Part shown: positions 27,559 to 38,007 of the stretch, piece by piece
How the letters are laid out: each line of letters starts with the position of its first letter
How positions within the stretch are numbered: the first letter of the stretch is position 1
Source: Bdellovibrionales bacterium
GTDB taxonomy: Bacteria; Bdellovibrionota; Bdellovibrionia; Bdellovibrionales; JAGQZY01
Direction of reading: 5' to 3'
Assembly (NCBI GenBank): GCA_964230645.1
Contig: CAXRHT010000001.1
Location: forward strand, 224,001 to 288,000
DNA: 64,000 nt
The notes under the pieces: generated by a model
What the model was told of the DNA's origin: nothing
What the model saw: the letters and a program-made list of their open reading frames with translations, nothing else
Databases searched by the model: none
Made by a program: the position numbers and the translations under genes

Positions 27559-28284
27559 CTACTTCAAGCAGTCGCGATACTGCCTCACCGTATTTTTCCA
27601 CCCCTCATTAAGAGCGTCACAGACCAAGGCGTGACCAATGGAAACTTCGGCGAGTTCGTCAATATGGTCATTGAAGAACTTTAAATTGTGGAGGTTTAAG
27701 TCATGACCAGCATTGACCTTCATTCCCATGGAATCGGCGAGCTTGGCGCACTTCTGATAGGCTTTGATTTCCTCTTCCTGCTGCCCCACCTTGAAAGCCT
27801 CAGCATAAGACTCGGTGTAAAGTTCCACGCGATCCACACCAAGATCTCGAAAAGCCAGAAGTTCTTTCATTTGAATTTCATTAGGATCCACAAAAAGAGA
27901 GACGCGGATATTTTTATTTTTCAATGTCGAGATCGCTTTTTTAAGGAGCTCCTCATTGCCTTCAAGCCTCCAACCCGCATTGGAAGTGAGCACCTCAGGT
28001 GGATCGGGTACGAGAGTGCACTGGTCCGGCTTTATTTGACCCACCTTCTCTAGAAAATGGCTCTCCGGAAAGCCCTCAACGTTGAGTTCCACTGAAATAT
28101 TTTCTTTAAGTTCTACCACATCGGGCCAGCGGATGTGGCGACCATCAGGCCTTGGATGAACGGTAATCCCCTGAGCGCCGAATTCGATAATCTTTAAAGA
28201 TTCACTGAGTACATTGGGTAGATCTTTACCTCGCGCATTGCGAAGGGTGGCTACCTTATTCACATTCACACTCAGTCGGGTCAT
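27559..28284 (-). CDS. pdxJ: Pyridoxine 5'-phosphate synthase
   Basis: LSVNVNKVATLRNARG, TVHPRPDGRHI, NAGHDL and EVSIGHAL motifs. ATG at 28284. Confidence 0.96.
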   Translation of the reverse strand: MTRLSVNVNKVATLRNARGKDLPNVLSESLKIIEFGAQGITVHPRPDGRHIRWPDVVELKENISVELNVEGFPESHFLEKVGQIKPDQCTLVPDPPEVLTSNAGWRLEGNEELLKKAISTLKNKNIRVSLFVDPNEIQMKELLAFRDLGVDRVELYTESYAEAFKVGQQEEEIKAYQKCAKLADSMGMKVNAGHDLNLHNLKFFNDHIDELAEVSIGHALVCDALNEGWKNTVRQYRDCLK

Positions 28285-28408
28285 GAGGCTCTTTATAGCG
28301 GAAAAATGGAGGAATACAAAGAAAAATCCTACGCCTCCACGGGGTCCTTGCGGTGGACTCTTGGCCCATTTAAGGATAAGCTCAGGCTTTCTAATGGGAG
28401 GAAGAAAT

Positions 28409-29659
28409 ATGAAGTTGCAACCCGTGCGAGGAACGCGAGACATTTACGGCGAAGAAGCTCTTCTTTTTAGAGAAATCGAGAGCCAGTTTTCCCGCACAGC
28501 AAAAATCTTTGATTTTCACGAGATTCAAACCCCCATTTTTGAATTCACTCAAGTTTTTAAAAGATCTCTTGGTGACGAAACCGATATTGTTAATAAAGAA
28601 ATGTACACTTTCGAAGATCGCAGTGGTGATTCTCTTACACTGAGACCTGAAGGCACAGCCAGTGTTGTGCGCTCAGTTCTTTCCGAAAGTCTGCTTAGAG
28701 ATTTACCTTTGAAGCTTTTTTACTCAGGTCCGATGTTCCGTCACGAAAGACCACAAAAAGGGCGGTACCGACAATTCACTCAGTTTGGAGTAGAAATGAT
28801 TGGTGTCGGCGATCCGGTGGGTGACATCGAAATTCTTTCTTTTGCTTGGAACTTTTTTAAAGGCTGCCAGCTTGATAAAAAAGTCGAACTTGAAATCAAC
28901 ACCATCGGTGATCTTGAAAGCCGTAAAAAATATCTAGATAAGTTGACCACCTTCTTAGAGTCCTACAAAAAAGATCTATCAGAGGATTCGCAAAGACGCC
29001 TTAAAAGCAATCCCCTTCGAATCTTAGATTCCAAGGACGAAAATGATAAAAAGATCGTCAGTGAGGCCCCTAGCCTTTCAGATTCACTTAATGACGAGTC
29101 GAAAAGTTTTTTCGACCAGGTACTCTCTGGTCTTGAGAAGTTGGGGCTTTCCTATAAACTCAATCCCCTTCTTGTGCGTGGTTTAGATTATTATAACCAC
29201 AGTGTTTTTGAATTCACCACAACCCATCTAGGCTCACAGAATGCCGTACTTTCTGGTGGCCGTTACAATAATCTTATTGAAACCATGGGAGGTCCCAGTA
29301 CACCGGGTGTAGGTTGGGCTGCGGGGACCGATAGAATTGCCTTACTTTTAGAAAAACCCAAAAACCCTCACAAAACATTGGCTCTTATTGCTGCCACAGA
29401 GAAAGGTAGCGAGCATCGTTTTAAACTCCTCAACGAGCTGCGAGAGGCGGAAATTCCAAGCCAAATCATTTACTCCGGTAACATTTCAAAACAAATGAAA
29501 AAGGCGAACAAACGTAACTGTTCCCACGCTCTCATAATCGGCGACGAAGAGATTGAAAAGGAAACCTATGAGCTTAAGAATTTAAAGGATGGTTCCCAGG
29601 AGAGTTTTCCAAAGGAGAAACTTTTTGATTTTCTAAAAAAACAAGACTGGGGCCTTTAA
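28409..29659 (+). CDS. hisS: Histidine--tRNA ligase
   Basis: RGTRD, LRPEGTA, FRHERPQKGRYRQF, LVRGLDYY and GGRY motifs. ATG at 28409. Confidence 0.97.
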   Translation: MKLQPVRGTRDIYGEEALLFREIESQFSRTAKIFDFHEIQTPIFEFTQVFKRSLGDETDIVNKEMYTFEDRSGDSLTLRPEGTASVVRSVLSESLLRDLPLKLFYSGPMFRHERPQKGRYRQFTQFGVEMIGVGDPVGDIEILSFAWNFFKGCQLDKKVELEINTIGDLESRKKYLDKLTTFLESYKKDLSEDSQRRLKSNPLRILDSKDENDKKIVSEAPSLSDSLNDESKSFFDQVLSGLEKLGLSYKLNPLLVRGLDYYNHSVFEFTTTHLGSQNAVLSGGRYNNLIETMGGPSTPGVGWAAGTDRIALLLEKPKNPHKTLALIAATEKGSEHRFKLLNELREAEIPSQIIYSGNISKQMKKANKRNCSHALIIGDEEIEKETYELKNLKDGSQESFPKEKLFDFLKKQDWGL

Positions 29660-29660
29660 A

Positions 29661-30242
29661 ATGACACCCATCATCCTGGCTAGCAGTTCCCCCTTTAGGC
29701 AAGAGCAGATGACAAACTTAGGTTTTAAGTTTGAGTCTCTTTCTCCTGCGGTTGACGAGCGAGCTCTGGAGAAAAATTACACTGATCCCATCGAAAAGCT
29801 TTCTGATTTTTTAGCAGAGAGAAAAGCTCAGGCCATTGCCCAACTGAATCCTGAGAAAGTGGTCATTGGATCAGACCAAGTCCTTATCTACCAAGGGCAA
29901 TCTTGGGCCAAACCGGAAACTCTTCTGGAGGTTGAAGAACGACTGGAAGCTCTTCAAGGAGACACCCACGAACTGCACACCAGTATCTGTGTGAAATTCA
30001 AAAAGCAGACTGTCATTGAAAAAGTGGTTTCCTCTATGTCGATGCATCCCTTGTCTCAAAGCGAGATTAAAAAATATGTCAGCCTCGACCAGCCCATTGG
30101 CTGTGCCGGAGGTTACAAGTTTGAAAAAAGAGGCTCAGCTTTGTTTTACAAGGTTGAGACCACAGACCCCACCTCCATCATAGGGCTCCCCCTCCTCCCT
30201 TTGGTCTCGATCCTTAGAAAATGGGGCATTTCCATACTTTGA
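29661..30242 (+). CDS. maf: Maf-family nucleotide pyrophosphatase
   Basis: ILASSSPFR, VDER, RKA, GSDQ, CAGGY and IIGLP motifs. Confidence 0.9.
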   Translation: MTPIILASSSPFRQEQMTNLGFKFESLSPAVDERALEKNYTDPIEKLSDFLAERKAQAIAQLNPEKVVIGSDQVLIYQGQSWAKPETLLEVEERLEALQGDTHELHTSICVKFKKQTVIEKVVSSMSMHPLSQSEIKKYVSLDQPIGCAGGYKFEKRGSALFYKVETTDPTSIIGLPLLPLVSILRKWGISIL

Positions 30243-30280
30243 TCGGGTGAGTTAAATCCTAAAAATCCCGATAGGTTCAT

Positions 30281-31714
30281 ATGGGATTTGCAGCGGAAAA
30301 AAACGAAGAACAGCAGTTAGTAAAAGACCAAATCAATCTTGAGAAAAGACGATTGGGACGATCCGAACTTATGGTTTCACCCATATGTTTCGGAAGTCTA
30401 CGCCTCACTCCTGAAAATGGCATTTACAAAGAAACTCTTTACCAAGCTCTCAACAGTGGGATCCAGTTTATTGATACCAGCGGAGCTTACGGTAACGGAG
30501 CCTCAGAAATTGTTATTGGGGAAGCTTTAAGAGAATACGTTGGTCAGTATCCCGATAAAAAAGACTCCATCGTACTTTGTACGAAAATGGGTATTGTACA
30601 AGGCGCCACTTTACAAGAATTACAAATGCGCTCCCAAATGGGTCATAAAATCCCCGGGGCCTACAAGATCAGCGAACGTATGAGCTACTGCCTCACTCCA
30701 GAATACATTGAATCACAATTAAGCCTTTCTTTAAGACGACTGCAAACCGAACGCGTAAGTCTCGTTCTTCTGCAAAACCCAGAATATCTTTTAAAGATTC
30801 TAGGATCAAAAAAAGAGTTCACCACTTATCTTAAAAGGGCTTTTGAGCACCTAGAAGTGGAAGTGGCTAAAGGAAGAATCTCTCACTATGGAATTAGTTC
30901 GAGTGCCTTTTTGAAAAAAGAGATTGCGCCTGATTTCCTTGATATTGATGAGGTGGTGGCGATTGCCGAATCGATTTCCAAGAAACATCACTTCTCAGTG
31001 GCCCAGGTTCCTTTCAACTTATTTGAGTCAGGACCTCTATTCACTAAGAATCAAAACAAAAGATCCTTTTTTGAAGCGGCCCACATGCACGATCTTGGGG
31101 TACTCACCTGCCGTCCTCTCACAAGCCATCATCGCGATAAGGTTCATCATTTTATCACCTTCCCTGGAAAAGACGAGGTTTCTATTAAAGGACGCCTACA
31201 TACCTTATTAATGGAAGTTGTCGAGCTTGAAAAAGAGCTGTTTAAAAAGATGCCTGAACACAAAGACCTCAAATGGGGACACCTTCTTCGGAACAACCTC
31301 AATAAAATTAGCGACTGGTGGAAGTGGAATCAGTACTTACAAAAAAACATACTTCCTAGTATGCAAGAAAGTATCGAGAAATTACCCCACTCTCCTGAGT
31401 GGAACAATTGGAAAGTGAACTACGTCAATCGCATGCACTCACTTTTTGGCTTAGTTACTGACAGTTTACAAGGGATTGCGAACCTACGCACCAATCAAAT
31501 CTGTCACTACCTCAATCAGGAGTGCGCTTCCCTTGAGGACGAGACTAAGCTTTCTAATAAAGTGACAAGGCTTTATCTTTCTCTCCCGGAGATTCACTCG
31601 GTGGTTATGGGGCTATCTCATCCTGACCATGTGGAAGATCTTTTGGAACTCGGAGAGATTCCTGATACGCAGACCACACTGCAAATTCTTAAGAAAGTTA
31701 AGATGCATTTCTAG
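30281..31714 (+). CDS. Aldo/keto reductase family protein (long form)
   Basis: LGRSELMVSPICFG, IDTSGAYGNGASE, TKMG and SLRRLQ motifs. Confidence 0.85.
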   Translation: MGFAAEKNEEQQLVKDQINLEKRRLGRSELMVSPICFGSLRLTPENGIYKETLYQALNSGIQFIDTSGAYGNGASEIVIGEALREYVGQYPDKKDSIVLCTKMGIVQGATLQELQMRSQMGHKIPGAYKISERMSYCLTPEYIESQLSLSLRRLQTERVSLVLLQNPEYLLKILGSKKEFTTYLKRAFEHLEVEVAKGRISHYGISSSAFLKKEIAPDFLDIDEVVAIAESISKKHHFSVAQVPFNLFESGPLFTKNQNKRSFFEAAHMHDLGVLTCRPLTSHHRDKVHHFITFPGKDEVSIKGRLHTLLMEVVELEKELFKKMPEHKDLKWGHLLRNNLNKISDWWKWNQYLQKNILPSMQESIEKLPHSPEWNNWKVNYVNRMHSLFGLVTDSLQGIANLRTNQICHYLNQECASLEDETKLSNKVTRLYLSLPEIHSVVMGLSHPDHVEDLLELGEIPDTQTTLQILKKVKMHF

Positions 31715-31745
31715 AAATTGATATCTTGAGGATGGGGCTCGATCG

Positions 31746-31888
31746 GAAGGCCTCGGTTGCCTTCGTTTGGCGGGAACATTCGCTAAAATAAACCGCGGCT
31801 CCTGCCTAACCTAAATTTCGCCCTCTGGGCGAAAACGCGTCCGCTTTTAGGAGGTTCATTTTAGCGAATGTTCCCGCCAAACGAAGGC
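31746..31888 (-). repeat. Long-stem hairpin element, family II (copy C)
   Basis: 36-bp arms (31759-31794 and 31853-31888); shares GAAGGCCTCGGTTG, GCTCCTGC and CGCGTCC motifs with 41037-41203. Confidence 0.85.
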
Positions 31889-31928
31889 TATCGTGGTTCG
31901 AACGTGTCCTTGATCAAATTAGCTTTTT

Positions 31929-32582
31929 TTATAGCTTGTTCATTAAAATTTTCTTTACTTGTTTCTTTAAATTCGGAAGAATTTCTTTTTCGAACCAGGG
32001 GTTCTTTTTAAGCCAGATGTTGTTTCTTGGGGATGGATGAGGAATTGGGAGATAGTTATTCTTTAAATGTTGCTTCCAGTTTTTTACGTTTTCTGTGAGA
32101 GTTTTTGATTCGTTTTTTAATATGTGGTCTTGGGCGTATTTTCCTATGAGAAGGTAGAGTTTGGGTTCTTTAAGGGCTTTTGACAAGGGAGGGTCCCATA
32201 TTTTTCGGCATTCCTTTAATGGCGGGAGGTCGCCGGAGTCTCCTTTGCCGGGGTAGCAAAAGGCCATGGGGAGAATGGCGAAGTTTGAAGGTTTGTAGAA
32301 TGTTTTTTCTGTCACTCCTAGCCAATCTCTTAGTCGTCTTCCGCTGGGGTCATCGAAAGGAATTCCTGAATTGTGAGCTTTGAAACCGGGGGCTTGGCTG
32401 ATGAGTGCGATTTTGGAATTCGCTTCAAAGCTCACAATGGGCCTTGGGGCTAAAGGAAGAAACTTTCTGCAGTGAATGCAGTTTCTTATTTTTTTAAGTA
32501 GCTCTTGGTCGGTAGTGATAAAAAAGCTCCGCTTTTTGTGGGTTTTATGCAACGAATTCCTTATTCTTGAGGAATACAGCAC
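31929..32582 (-). CDS. Uracil-DNA glycosylase family protein
   Basis: SQAPG, PFDDPSGRRLRDWLG, CYPG, IGKYAQ and HPSPRN motifs. Start is uncertain. Confidence 0.9.
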   Translation of the reverse strand: MLYSSRIRNSLHKTHKKRSFFITTDQELLKKIRNCIHCRKFLPLAPRPIVSFEANSKIALISQAPGFKAHNSGIPFDDPSGRRLRDWLGVTEKTFYKPSNFAILPMAFCYPGKGDSGDLPPLKECRKIWDPPLSKALKEPKLYLLIGKYAQDHILKNESKTLTENVKNWKQHLKNNYLPIPHPSPRNNIWLKKNPWFEKEILPNLKKQVKKILMNKL

Positions 32583-32702
32583 ATTCCACCCTTAATTATC
32601 AATAAATATTCAAAAAATATGCAACTTCCAGCGATCCTTTTAGTCGGAGGATCTGGCAGTTTTGAGAGTAAGAATTATTAACTGTTACAAAAGGAAATTA
32701 TC

Positions 32703-33287
32703 ATGAAGAATTTTTTAACTGCGGCTCTTGTGACTAGTGGACTGTTTTTTCTAACACCCTCTCAGAGCAAAGCTGTAGCCGCTGACGATGGTGGGCTTTT
32801 TTTAGAGCCTGGAGTGACTTATCAATTTAATACCGACGATCAACAGGATCTGCGCGGTCTTGGACTTATGTTCCGTTTGGGGTACCACATTGATGAACTT
32901 ATCTTTCTTGGCGCCGATGCTCGTTACAGTTTTCTCGAATACGGTAACGACACGGCTAATTTTGAAAGTGATGCCACCTCATACAATCTTGCCCCTGTGG
33001 TCGGAATTCAAATGAGAGACATTGGTTTAAGAGCTTGGGGAAGTTGGGTTGTTTTAGGAAACCTTGATCCGGATTCTAGCAATGGCACTGATGTTAATTT
33101 TGAAGAAGCTCAAGGTTTTCGTGTCGGTGGCGGATATCATATCTACAACTTTTCTGTGAATCTTGAATACGAGCGAATCAATTACAACGATACCACTTTT
33201 AACTCTAATATTATTACCAATCCGGATGCCTACGACCTAGAGTCGGAAGCATGGATTATAAGTGTTTCGGCTCCTATTGAGATTTAG
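32703..33287 (+). CDS. Outer membrane beta-barrel protein
   Basis: Signal peptide; alternating amphipathic strands such as GLFLEPG and VNLEY. Confidence 0.75.
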   Translation: MKNFLTAALVTSGLFFLTPSQSKAVAADDGGLFLEPGVTYQFNTDDQQDLRGLGLMFRLGYHIDELIFLGADARYSFLEYGNDTANFESDATSYNLAPVVGIQMRDIGLRAWGSWVVLGNLDPDSSNGTDVNFEEAQGFRVGGGYHIYNFSVNLEYERINYNDTTFNSNIITNPDAYDLESEAWIISVSAPIEI

Positions 33288-33312
33288 GACACGGGTTGAA
33301 ATTGTAATCTTG

Positions 33313-33350
33313 AACCCACTGAGTTTAACCCAGTGGGTTTTTCTTTTTTT
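33313..33350 (+). terminator. Intrinsic terminator
   Basis: AACCCACTG...CAGTGGGTT followed by a T-run. Confidence 0.75.
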
Positions 33351-33356
33351 TGGAGA

Positions 33357-33465
33357 TGTCATCTTGAGTATCGTACTGTCATCTTGAGCGTCAGCGAAAG
33401 ATCTTTCGCTATCGCTCAAGATGACATTATGAGGTTCAAGATGATAATATGAGGTTCAGGATGAC
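33357..33465. repeat. GTCATCYTGAGC palindromic element with 20-nt tandem terminal duplications
   Basis: Core TGTCATCTTGAGCG...CGCTCAAGATGACA at 33377-33426; extra units at 33357, 33435 and 33455. Confidence 0.85.
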
Positions 33466-33531
33466 TTTTTTAGCTAGTGGAGTTAGTCTACCCCTCTAAT
33501 CCAACGACTACCTGATATTTGTGGAACTGAA

Positions 33532-34491
33532 ATGGATGATTTAAAAGAATTTTTGACAGAACTTTCCGTGGTGCCCTACTCCCTTTGGATTTGGTTTACC
33601 ATTGGTGTTTTAATTCTTCTGGTTATAGACCTTGCGCTCTTTGGTCATTCCAATAAAAAGATGCACTGGAAGACGGGGCTCATTGAAAGTATTCTTTGGA
33701 TTAGCGTGGCTTTAGGTTTTAACCTCTGGTTTGCCTATCAATTCGGCTGGAAGCTGGGATCAGAATTTTTAACCGCGTACGTGGTCGAAAAAAGTCTGAG
33801 TGTGGACAATCTTTTTGTCATTCTTCTAATTTTTCAATCTCTTCGGATCCCCGACCGCTTTCAGCACAGAGTCCTTTTTTACGGAATTTTTGGAGCCGTT
33901 GTCTTCCGTGCGATTTTTATCTTAATTGGAGCTAAGATCATCCACCATTTTCACTGGGTTCTTTACATCTTTGGAATCATCCTGGTCTATTCCGCTTATA
34001 GTTTGATTACTCGCAACAAAGTAGAGCACGAAAAAGAAGAAAGTAAGCTCTTAAGAAAGTTACGACGAGTTCTCCCCACTACCACTCTCACAGAAAGCGA
34101 AGACTTCTTCGTTCGCAAAGAGGGACGTCTCATGGTGACGCCTCTTTTTCTCGCTCTTGCGACCATCGAGATCAGCGACATCTTTTTTGCCGTGGATTCG
34201 ATCCCGGCTGTTTTTGCGGTGACCAACGATGCCTTTGTAGCCTTTGCCTCTAATATCTTAGCCATCCTTGGACTCAGAGCTCTGTTTTTTGTGCTCGCCG
34301 ATGGAGTATCAAAACTCAAGTATCTTGAAGTGGGCCTTGCTTTTGTATTGGGTTTTATCGGAGTAAAAATGCTCATCGAAGAGTGGCTTCATATTCCAAG
34401 CTGGGTGTCTTTGATGGTGATTGCTGTAATTTTTATCACTACGGGAATCATGTCTCTTCGAGCCAATAGCATCGAAAAAGATACCCTCTAA
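33532..34491 (+). CDS. TerC/Alx family membrane protein
   Basis: EKSLSVDNLFV, QHRVLFYG, DIFFAVDSIPA and SNILAILGLRAL motifs. Confidence 0.93.
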   Translation: MDDLKEFLTELSVVPYSLWIWFTIGVLILLVIDLALFGHSNKKMHWKTGLIESILWISVALGFNLWFAYQFGWKLGSEFLTAYVVEKSLSVDNLFVILLIFQSLRIPDRFQHRVLFYGIFGAVVFRAIFILIGAKIIHHFHWVLYIFGIILVYSAYSLITRNKVEHEKEESKLLRKLRRVLPTTTLTESEDFFVRKEGRLMVTPLFLALATIEISDIFFAVDSIPAVFAVTNDAFVAFASNILAILGLRALFFVLADGVSKLKYLEVGLAFVLGFIGVKMLIEEWLHIPSWVSLMVIAVIFITTGIMSLRANSIEKDTL

Positions 34492-34514
34492 AATCGAATC
34501 TCGAGTGAGTCGGA

Positions 34515-35807
34515 CTAGATTTCTCGCAAATAGCCCCAGCTATGAAGCCGGTCACTGTCCTCGGACCAGCGATCCCCAATATCTTTTCTAAAGTACATAT
34601 TGGGAATCAAAATATTTTTAATCCGGTTATAGGCCTGGCTCTGGGCTTGCTTCATCGTGGGGCCACTCCCGCAGACAACCAAAACCACTCCCACAGATCC
34701 AGCCACAAACCACTGATCTCCAAGCTGCTTCACATCCTCGATGTGAACTCCTTCCCTATTGGGCTTTTTAAAAACGATAGCCGCATTTTTTGAATAGGAA
34801 TCAAAGGTTTTTTTATCTTCAAAAGGAAAAGGCGGCATGCAAAGCCTCACTCCAATATGGAAACCCTGTTTGGTGCGAAGTTTTGTTTTCTCTCCGCTGG
34901 CCAGTTCATAAAAGAATTTTCCCATAGGGGTCAGCATACTTTCTTGCTGGATGCTGATAGTTGGGTACCCGAAACGGGATGTGAACTCTAAAGGATAAAC
35001 CCCTTTGTGATTCACAATACAGTTAAGATCTATATACCCCACAAACCCCTCTTCTTTAAGTTTAGGCGCCATGCGGGAAAGTGTGAGGTTAAACAAGCGG
35101 TTGGGCCCGCTCCAGAACATGGCTGTCCCCATCTCCCCGGTAGGAGGTCCAAAATTTCCAGGGAAAAGTTTTTTGTGTTCAAAGTTAATATTGATAGGGA
35201 GAACAAACTCTTCTCCGTTAAAAAAAGCGCCCACGGCCACCTCAACCCCTTGCACTCTTTTTTGAAGTTGAAACTGTTTTATCTTTTCTGAAAAGGCTTT
35301 TTTATAGGCCTCAAGCATGCGAACCAGGTCACTGCCATCATCCTCCTCTCCAACAAAAAGTAGCCTTTTGGTGTTTTGAGCTTCCCCACTGGGCTTAATC
35401 ACATAGGAAGCGGGATTCTTTTTCACATATTCAATGGCGTCGTCAAAGGAGGTGAAATCTTGATAGGGAATAATTTGGATATCGTATTTTTTTAACTCTT
35501 CTTGCCCAAAGGATCTGTCGTCTTCGAGTTTATCTGTATAGGGTGTGCCACCGATGACTTTTTTGCCTTTTTTTCTGAGCTCACTGGCAAGCTCGCCATG
35601 ACCCAGCACATCGTCAAAGACAATCACATCGGCCCAATCCACATGATCGCGCCAGGCATCAACTTTTTCAACAAAGCCGTCAGAGATCTCTCGCTCTGAC
35701 TCAGAATCAATGGAGTAGCGAACACTGTGCCCCTCTTTTTGAACTTGCCATGCAATGTCCCCAATAAGACCGGACCAAGAAACAAATAAGAAATTGTGCT
35801 TTTCCAT
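34515..35807 (-). CDS. PurD-like ATP-grasp ligase (non-canonical phosphoribosylamine--glycine ligase family)
   Basis: VIKPSG, FEHKK, TGEMG, LEFTSRFGYP and YFRKDIG motifs; lacks the canonical N-terminal GSGGREH. Confidence 0.75.
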   Translation of the reverse strand: MEKHNFLFVSWSGLIGDIAWQVQKEGHSVRYSIDSESEREISDGFVEKVDAWRDHVDWADVIVFDDVLGHGELASELRKKGKKVIGGTPYTDKLEDDRSFGQEELKKYDIQIIPYQDFTSFDDAIEYVKKNPASYVIKPSGEAQNTKRLLFVGEEDDGSDLVRMLEAYKKAFSEKIKQFQLQKRVQGVEVAVGAFFNGEEFVLPININFEHKKLFPGNFGPPTGEMGTAMFWSGPNRLFNLTLSRMAPKLKEEGFVGYIDLNCIVNHKGVYPLEFTSRFGYPTISIQQESMLTPMGKFFYELASGEKTKLRTKQGFHIGVRLCMPPFPFEDKKTFDSYSKNAAIVFKKPNREGVHIEDVKQLGDQWFVAGSVGVVLVVCGSGPTMKQAQSQAYNRIKNILIPNMYFRKDIGDRWSEDSDRLHSWGYLREI

Positions 35808-35881
35808 TATAAAACTCCCCTCTGAAACGGCTGTTAGGCTTCAGGGAATTTTATACATGAATTTTTGCTGAATGTAATGTT

Positions 35882-36523
35882 TTATGCCGCCTTTATATGG
35901 CCAGGAAACTGTATAGGGTCTTTCGCCTTTTCTTTTTCCAGTTTTTTATGGGCTGCGATAAAGATGTTTACAAACTCCTCATCGAACTGAGAGCCTGCAA
36001 ACTTGCGCAATTCTTTATAAACGACAGGCATCGGCAAACCTTTGCGGTAGGCCCGTGTTTGAGTCATAGCGTCGACCGTATCGGCAATGAGAATCAAACG
36101 AGAAATATGAGGAATTTGCTCCCCTTCTAACTTTAGGGGATATCCTTTACCATCGACTCTTTCGTGGTGGTGAAGAACAGCCACCTGCACTTCTCTAAAA
36201 AATTCGGAGTGCTCAAGGGACTCTAGCATTTCAGCGCTAAAAAGAGAGTGCTTTTTCATAAGCTCATATTCATCATCTGTTAGTTTTCCAGGTTTATTTA
36301 AAACACTTAGAGGAATTTTTGCTTTACCGACGTCATGCAAGAGACCTGCAAATTGAGCCAAAAGTTTTTCGTAGTCACTCAGTTCTGCTGCTTCCGCTAT
36401 AAAAACACAGAGTTCAGAAACCCTGACACAGTGTTTGTAAGTTTCAAGATCGTGCTCTTTGAGCTCCTCAAGAATTTCGTTCACCTGAACGAGTAGCGGC
36501 TGTGGAATAGAACTCCAGATCAT
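35882..36523 (-). CDS. HD-GYP domain phosphodiesterase
   Basis: HCVRV, LHDVGK, HHERVDGKGYP and ADTVDAM-RAYR motifs. Confidence 0.93.
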   Translation of the reverse strand: MIWSSIPQPLLVQVNEILEELKEHDLETYKHCVRVSELCVFIAEAAELSDYEKLLAQFAGLLHDVGKAKIPLSVLNKPGKLTDDEYELMKKHSLFSAEMLESLEHSEFFREVQVAVLHHHERVDGKGYPLKLEGEQIPHISRLILIADTVDAMTQTRAYRKGLPMPVVYKELRKFAGSQFDEEFVNIFIAAHKKLEKEKAKDPIQFPGHIKAA

Positions 36524-36596
36524 AAATAGACTCCCCTCATTGACCCCAAACGGTTACCATTCTCTTTGTTCAAAGAGACGACCACCTACATTGATA

Positions 36597-36623
36597 GTAT
36601 CGGCCTAGGTCTAGCGGAACTAA
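36597..36623 (-). promoter_or_regulatory. FliA-type promoter
   Basis: TTAG-N15-GCCGATAC upstream of the HD-GYP gene. Confidence 0.6.
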
Positions 36624-36775
36624 AACACATTTGTACAATTTCTCATATTGAGTCCTTTTTACTAGAGACTTGAAATGAATTTTATTAAATTTATTGGCTC
36701 TTAGTCCAATTCAATCAAGTCGGGTCTCAAAAAGACCCAATCTTTTCGCTAGAATAACCTCTGAAAGGTGGTTTC

Positions 36776-37936
36776 ATGGAAGAAAAACAATCGACCTCAA
36801 TCAGTGGAAAATATGTTATGGGAGTTCTCGTTGCCGTGGTCTTAGGGATTGGGGCTTATGTTGTCTCTGATCAACCCACACAGGCGACCAAGGGAAAAAG
36901 AAACATAGCAGAATTTTTAAATCCCAATCAACACTTAGCAAGACTGACCCATGCCGATCGTGTTCGACTGCGTGAAAATATGCTCGCTCGTCAGTGTTAC
37001 AGCGGGACAGTGATTGATCAAAATAGTGAGTCCTGTGGAGCTTTTAACGATTGGCCCAATGGAGATCCCAGCTTTAATGATGATCCTCTTATGAATATGA
37101 TCCCAAGACAAACGCGTGTGAACGTGGATGTTGTTTGTAACGAAGCCACAGGACAATTTCAGACTAGAGTTTACTTTCCAAATGTTTGCCCTCTGACTCG
37201 CGACTCTCGCCCTACGGGTGATTGTGGAGAGTCCTATTTTCAAAATCCCTACACTCAAAACCGTGACACGCCCTTTTCGACAACACCAGATAACTGGTTG
37301 ACCTCCCCTGGTGTTTTTAACCATAACGATGTCACCAACGTGACAAGCAGAAACCAACCCGGTCGTGAGAGTGATTTCAATATAGATCCTAACACCGATT
37401 TAAATTCTTTTGACTATAGTTCAAACTTGGGTGCGGGAGCGCAAGCGGGTGCGGAACTTCACATTGTCAGTAGCGCAAAAGAATGGGAAGGCGCTGCGAT
37501 GACCAACACTCTTTGGCTCCGAGGAGACTACGCCATTCATGGAGCTTGTGAAGGTTACACCGATGATCTTCAATGTGAGTTCAGTGGTCGTCCCGCCTCA
37601 AGAGGTTGCATTCGTCTTGAACCAAACAATGCGCGCGCTCTTTATAATCTCGTCAGACGTGTCGGTACACGCCATGTCCGCTATCAATTTCACGGTTATG
37701 GTCGTCCTCTTGCAAGATTGGGTGGGCGCCCCGCTTGTTCTTTAAGCCAAGAAGAGTGGGATAGACATCAAGCCGGTCAACCCGTGCTTGCCGAAACTGA
37801 GGCTCAAGTAGAGACTCGCCAGCAAACAGCAAGACGGGAGAGCCGTCAATCCTACAACTGGTTTCAACGGGCCTGGAGAGGGATTAGTAACTTCTTTAGA
37901 GGTAATAGTCGCAACCAGCGTGGTTCTGCTCAATAA
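36776..37936 (+). CDS. L,D-transpeptidase (YkuD family) with insertions
   Basis: N-terminal TM; YAIHGA...GRPASRGCIRL catalytic His/Cys motif. Confidence 0.85.
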   Translation: MEEKQSTSISGKYVMGVLVAVVLGIGAYVVSDQPTQATKGKRNIAEFLNPNQHLARLTHADRVRLRENMLARQCYSGTVIDQNSESCGAFNDWPNGDPSFNDDPLMNMIPRQTRVNVDVVCNEATGQFQTRVYFPNVCPLTRDSRPTGDCGESYFQNPYTQNRDTPFSTTPDNWLTSPGVFNHNDVTNVTSRNQPGRESDFNIDPNTDLNSFDYSSNLGAGAQAGAELHIVSSAKEWEGAAMTNTLWLRGDYAIHGACEGYTDDLQCEFSGRPASRGCIRLEPNNARALYNLVRRVGTRHVRYQFHGYGRPLARLGGRPACSLSQEEWDRHQAGQPVLAETEAQVETRQQTARRESRQSYNWFQRAWRGISNFFRGNSRNQRGSAQ

Positions 37937-37956
37937 TTAACTTCTCTATTTTTCAT

Positions 37957-37988
37957 AAAAAAAAAAGCTCCTGAACGGAGCTTTTTTT
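37957..37988. terminator. Bidirectional intrinsic terminator
   Basis: A-run-GCTCC-TGAAC-GGAGC-T-run. Confidence 0.8.
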
Positions 37989-38007
37989 GTATCAATTGTA
38001 AGATATC

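Noticed and set aside
28214..28443. Overlapping N-terminal extensions of hisS and pdxJ in the ORF track
   Set aside because: Family similarity starts at ATG 28409 (hisS) and ATG 28284 (pdxJ); the extensions are longest-ORF artefacts.
33288..33531. yybP-ykoY (Mn) riboswitch upstream of the TerC/Alx gene
   Set aside because: The region is occupied by a terminator and a palindromic repeat; no recognisable riboswitch motifs were seen.
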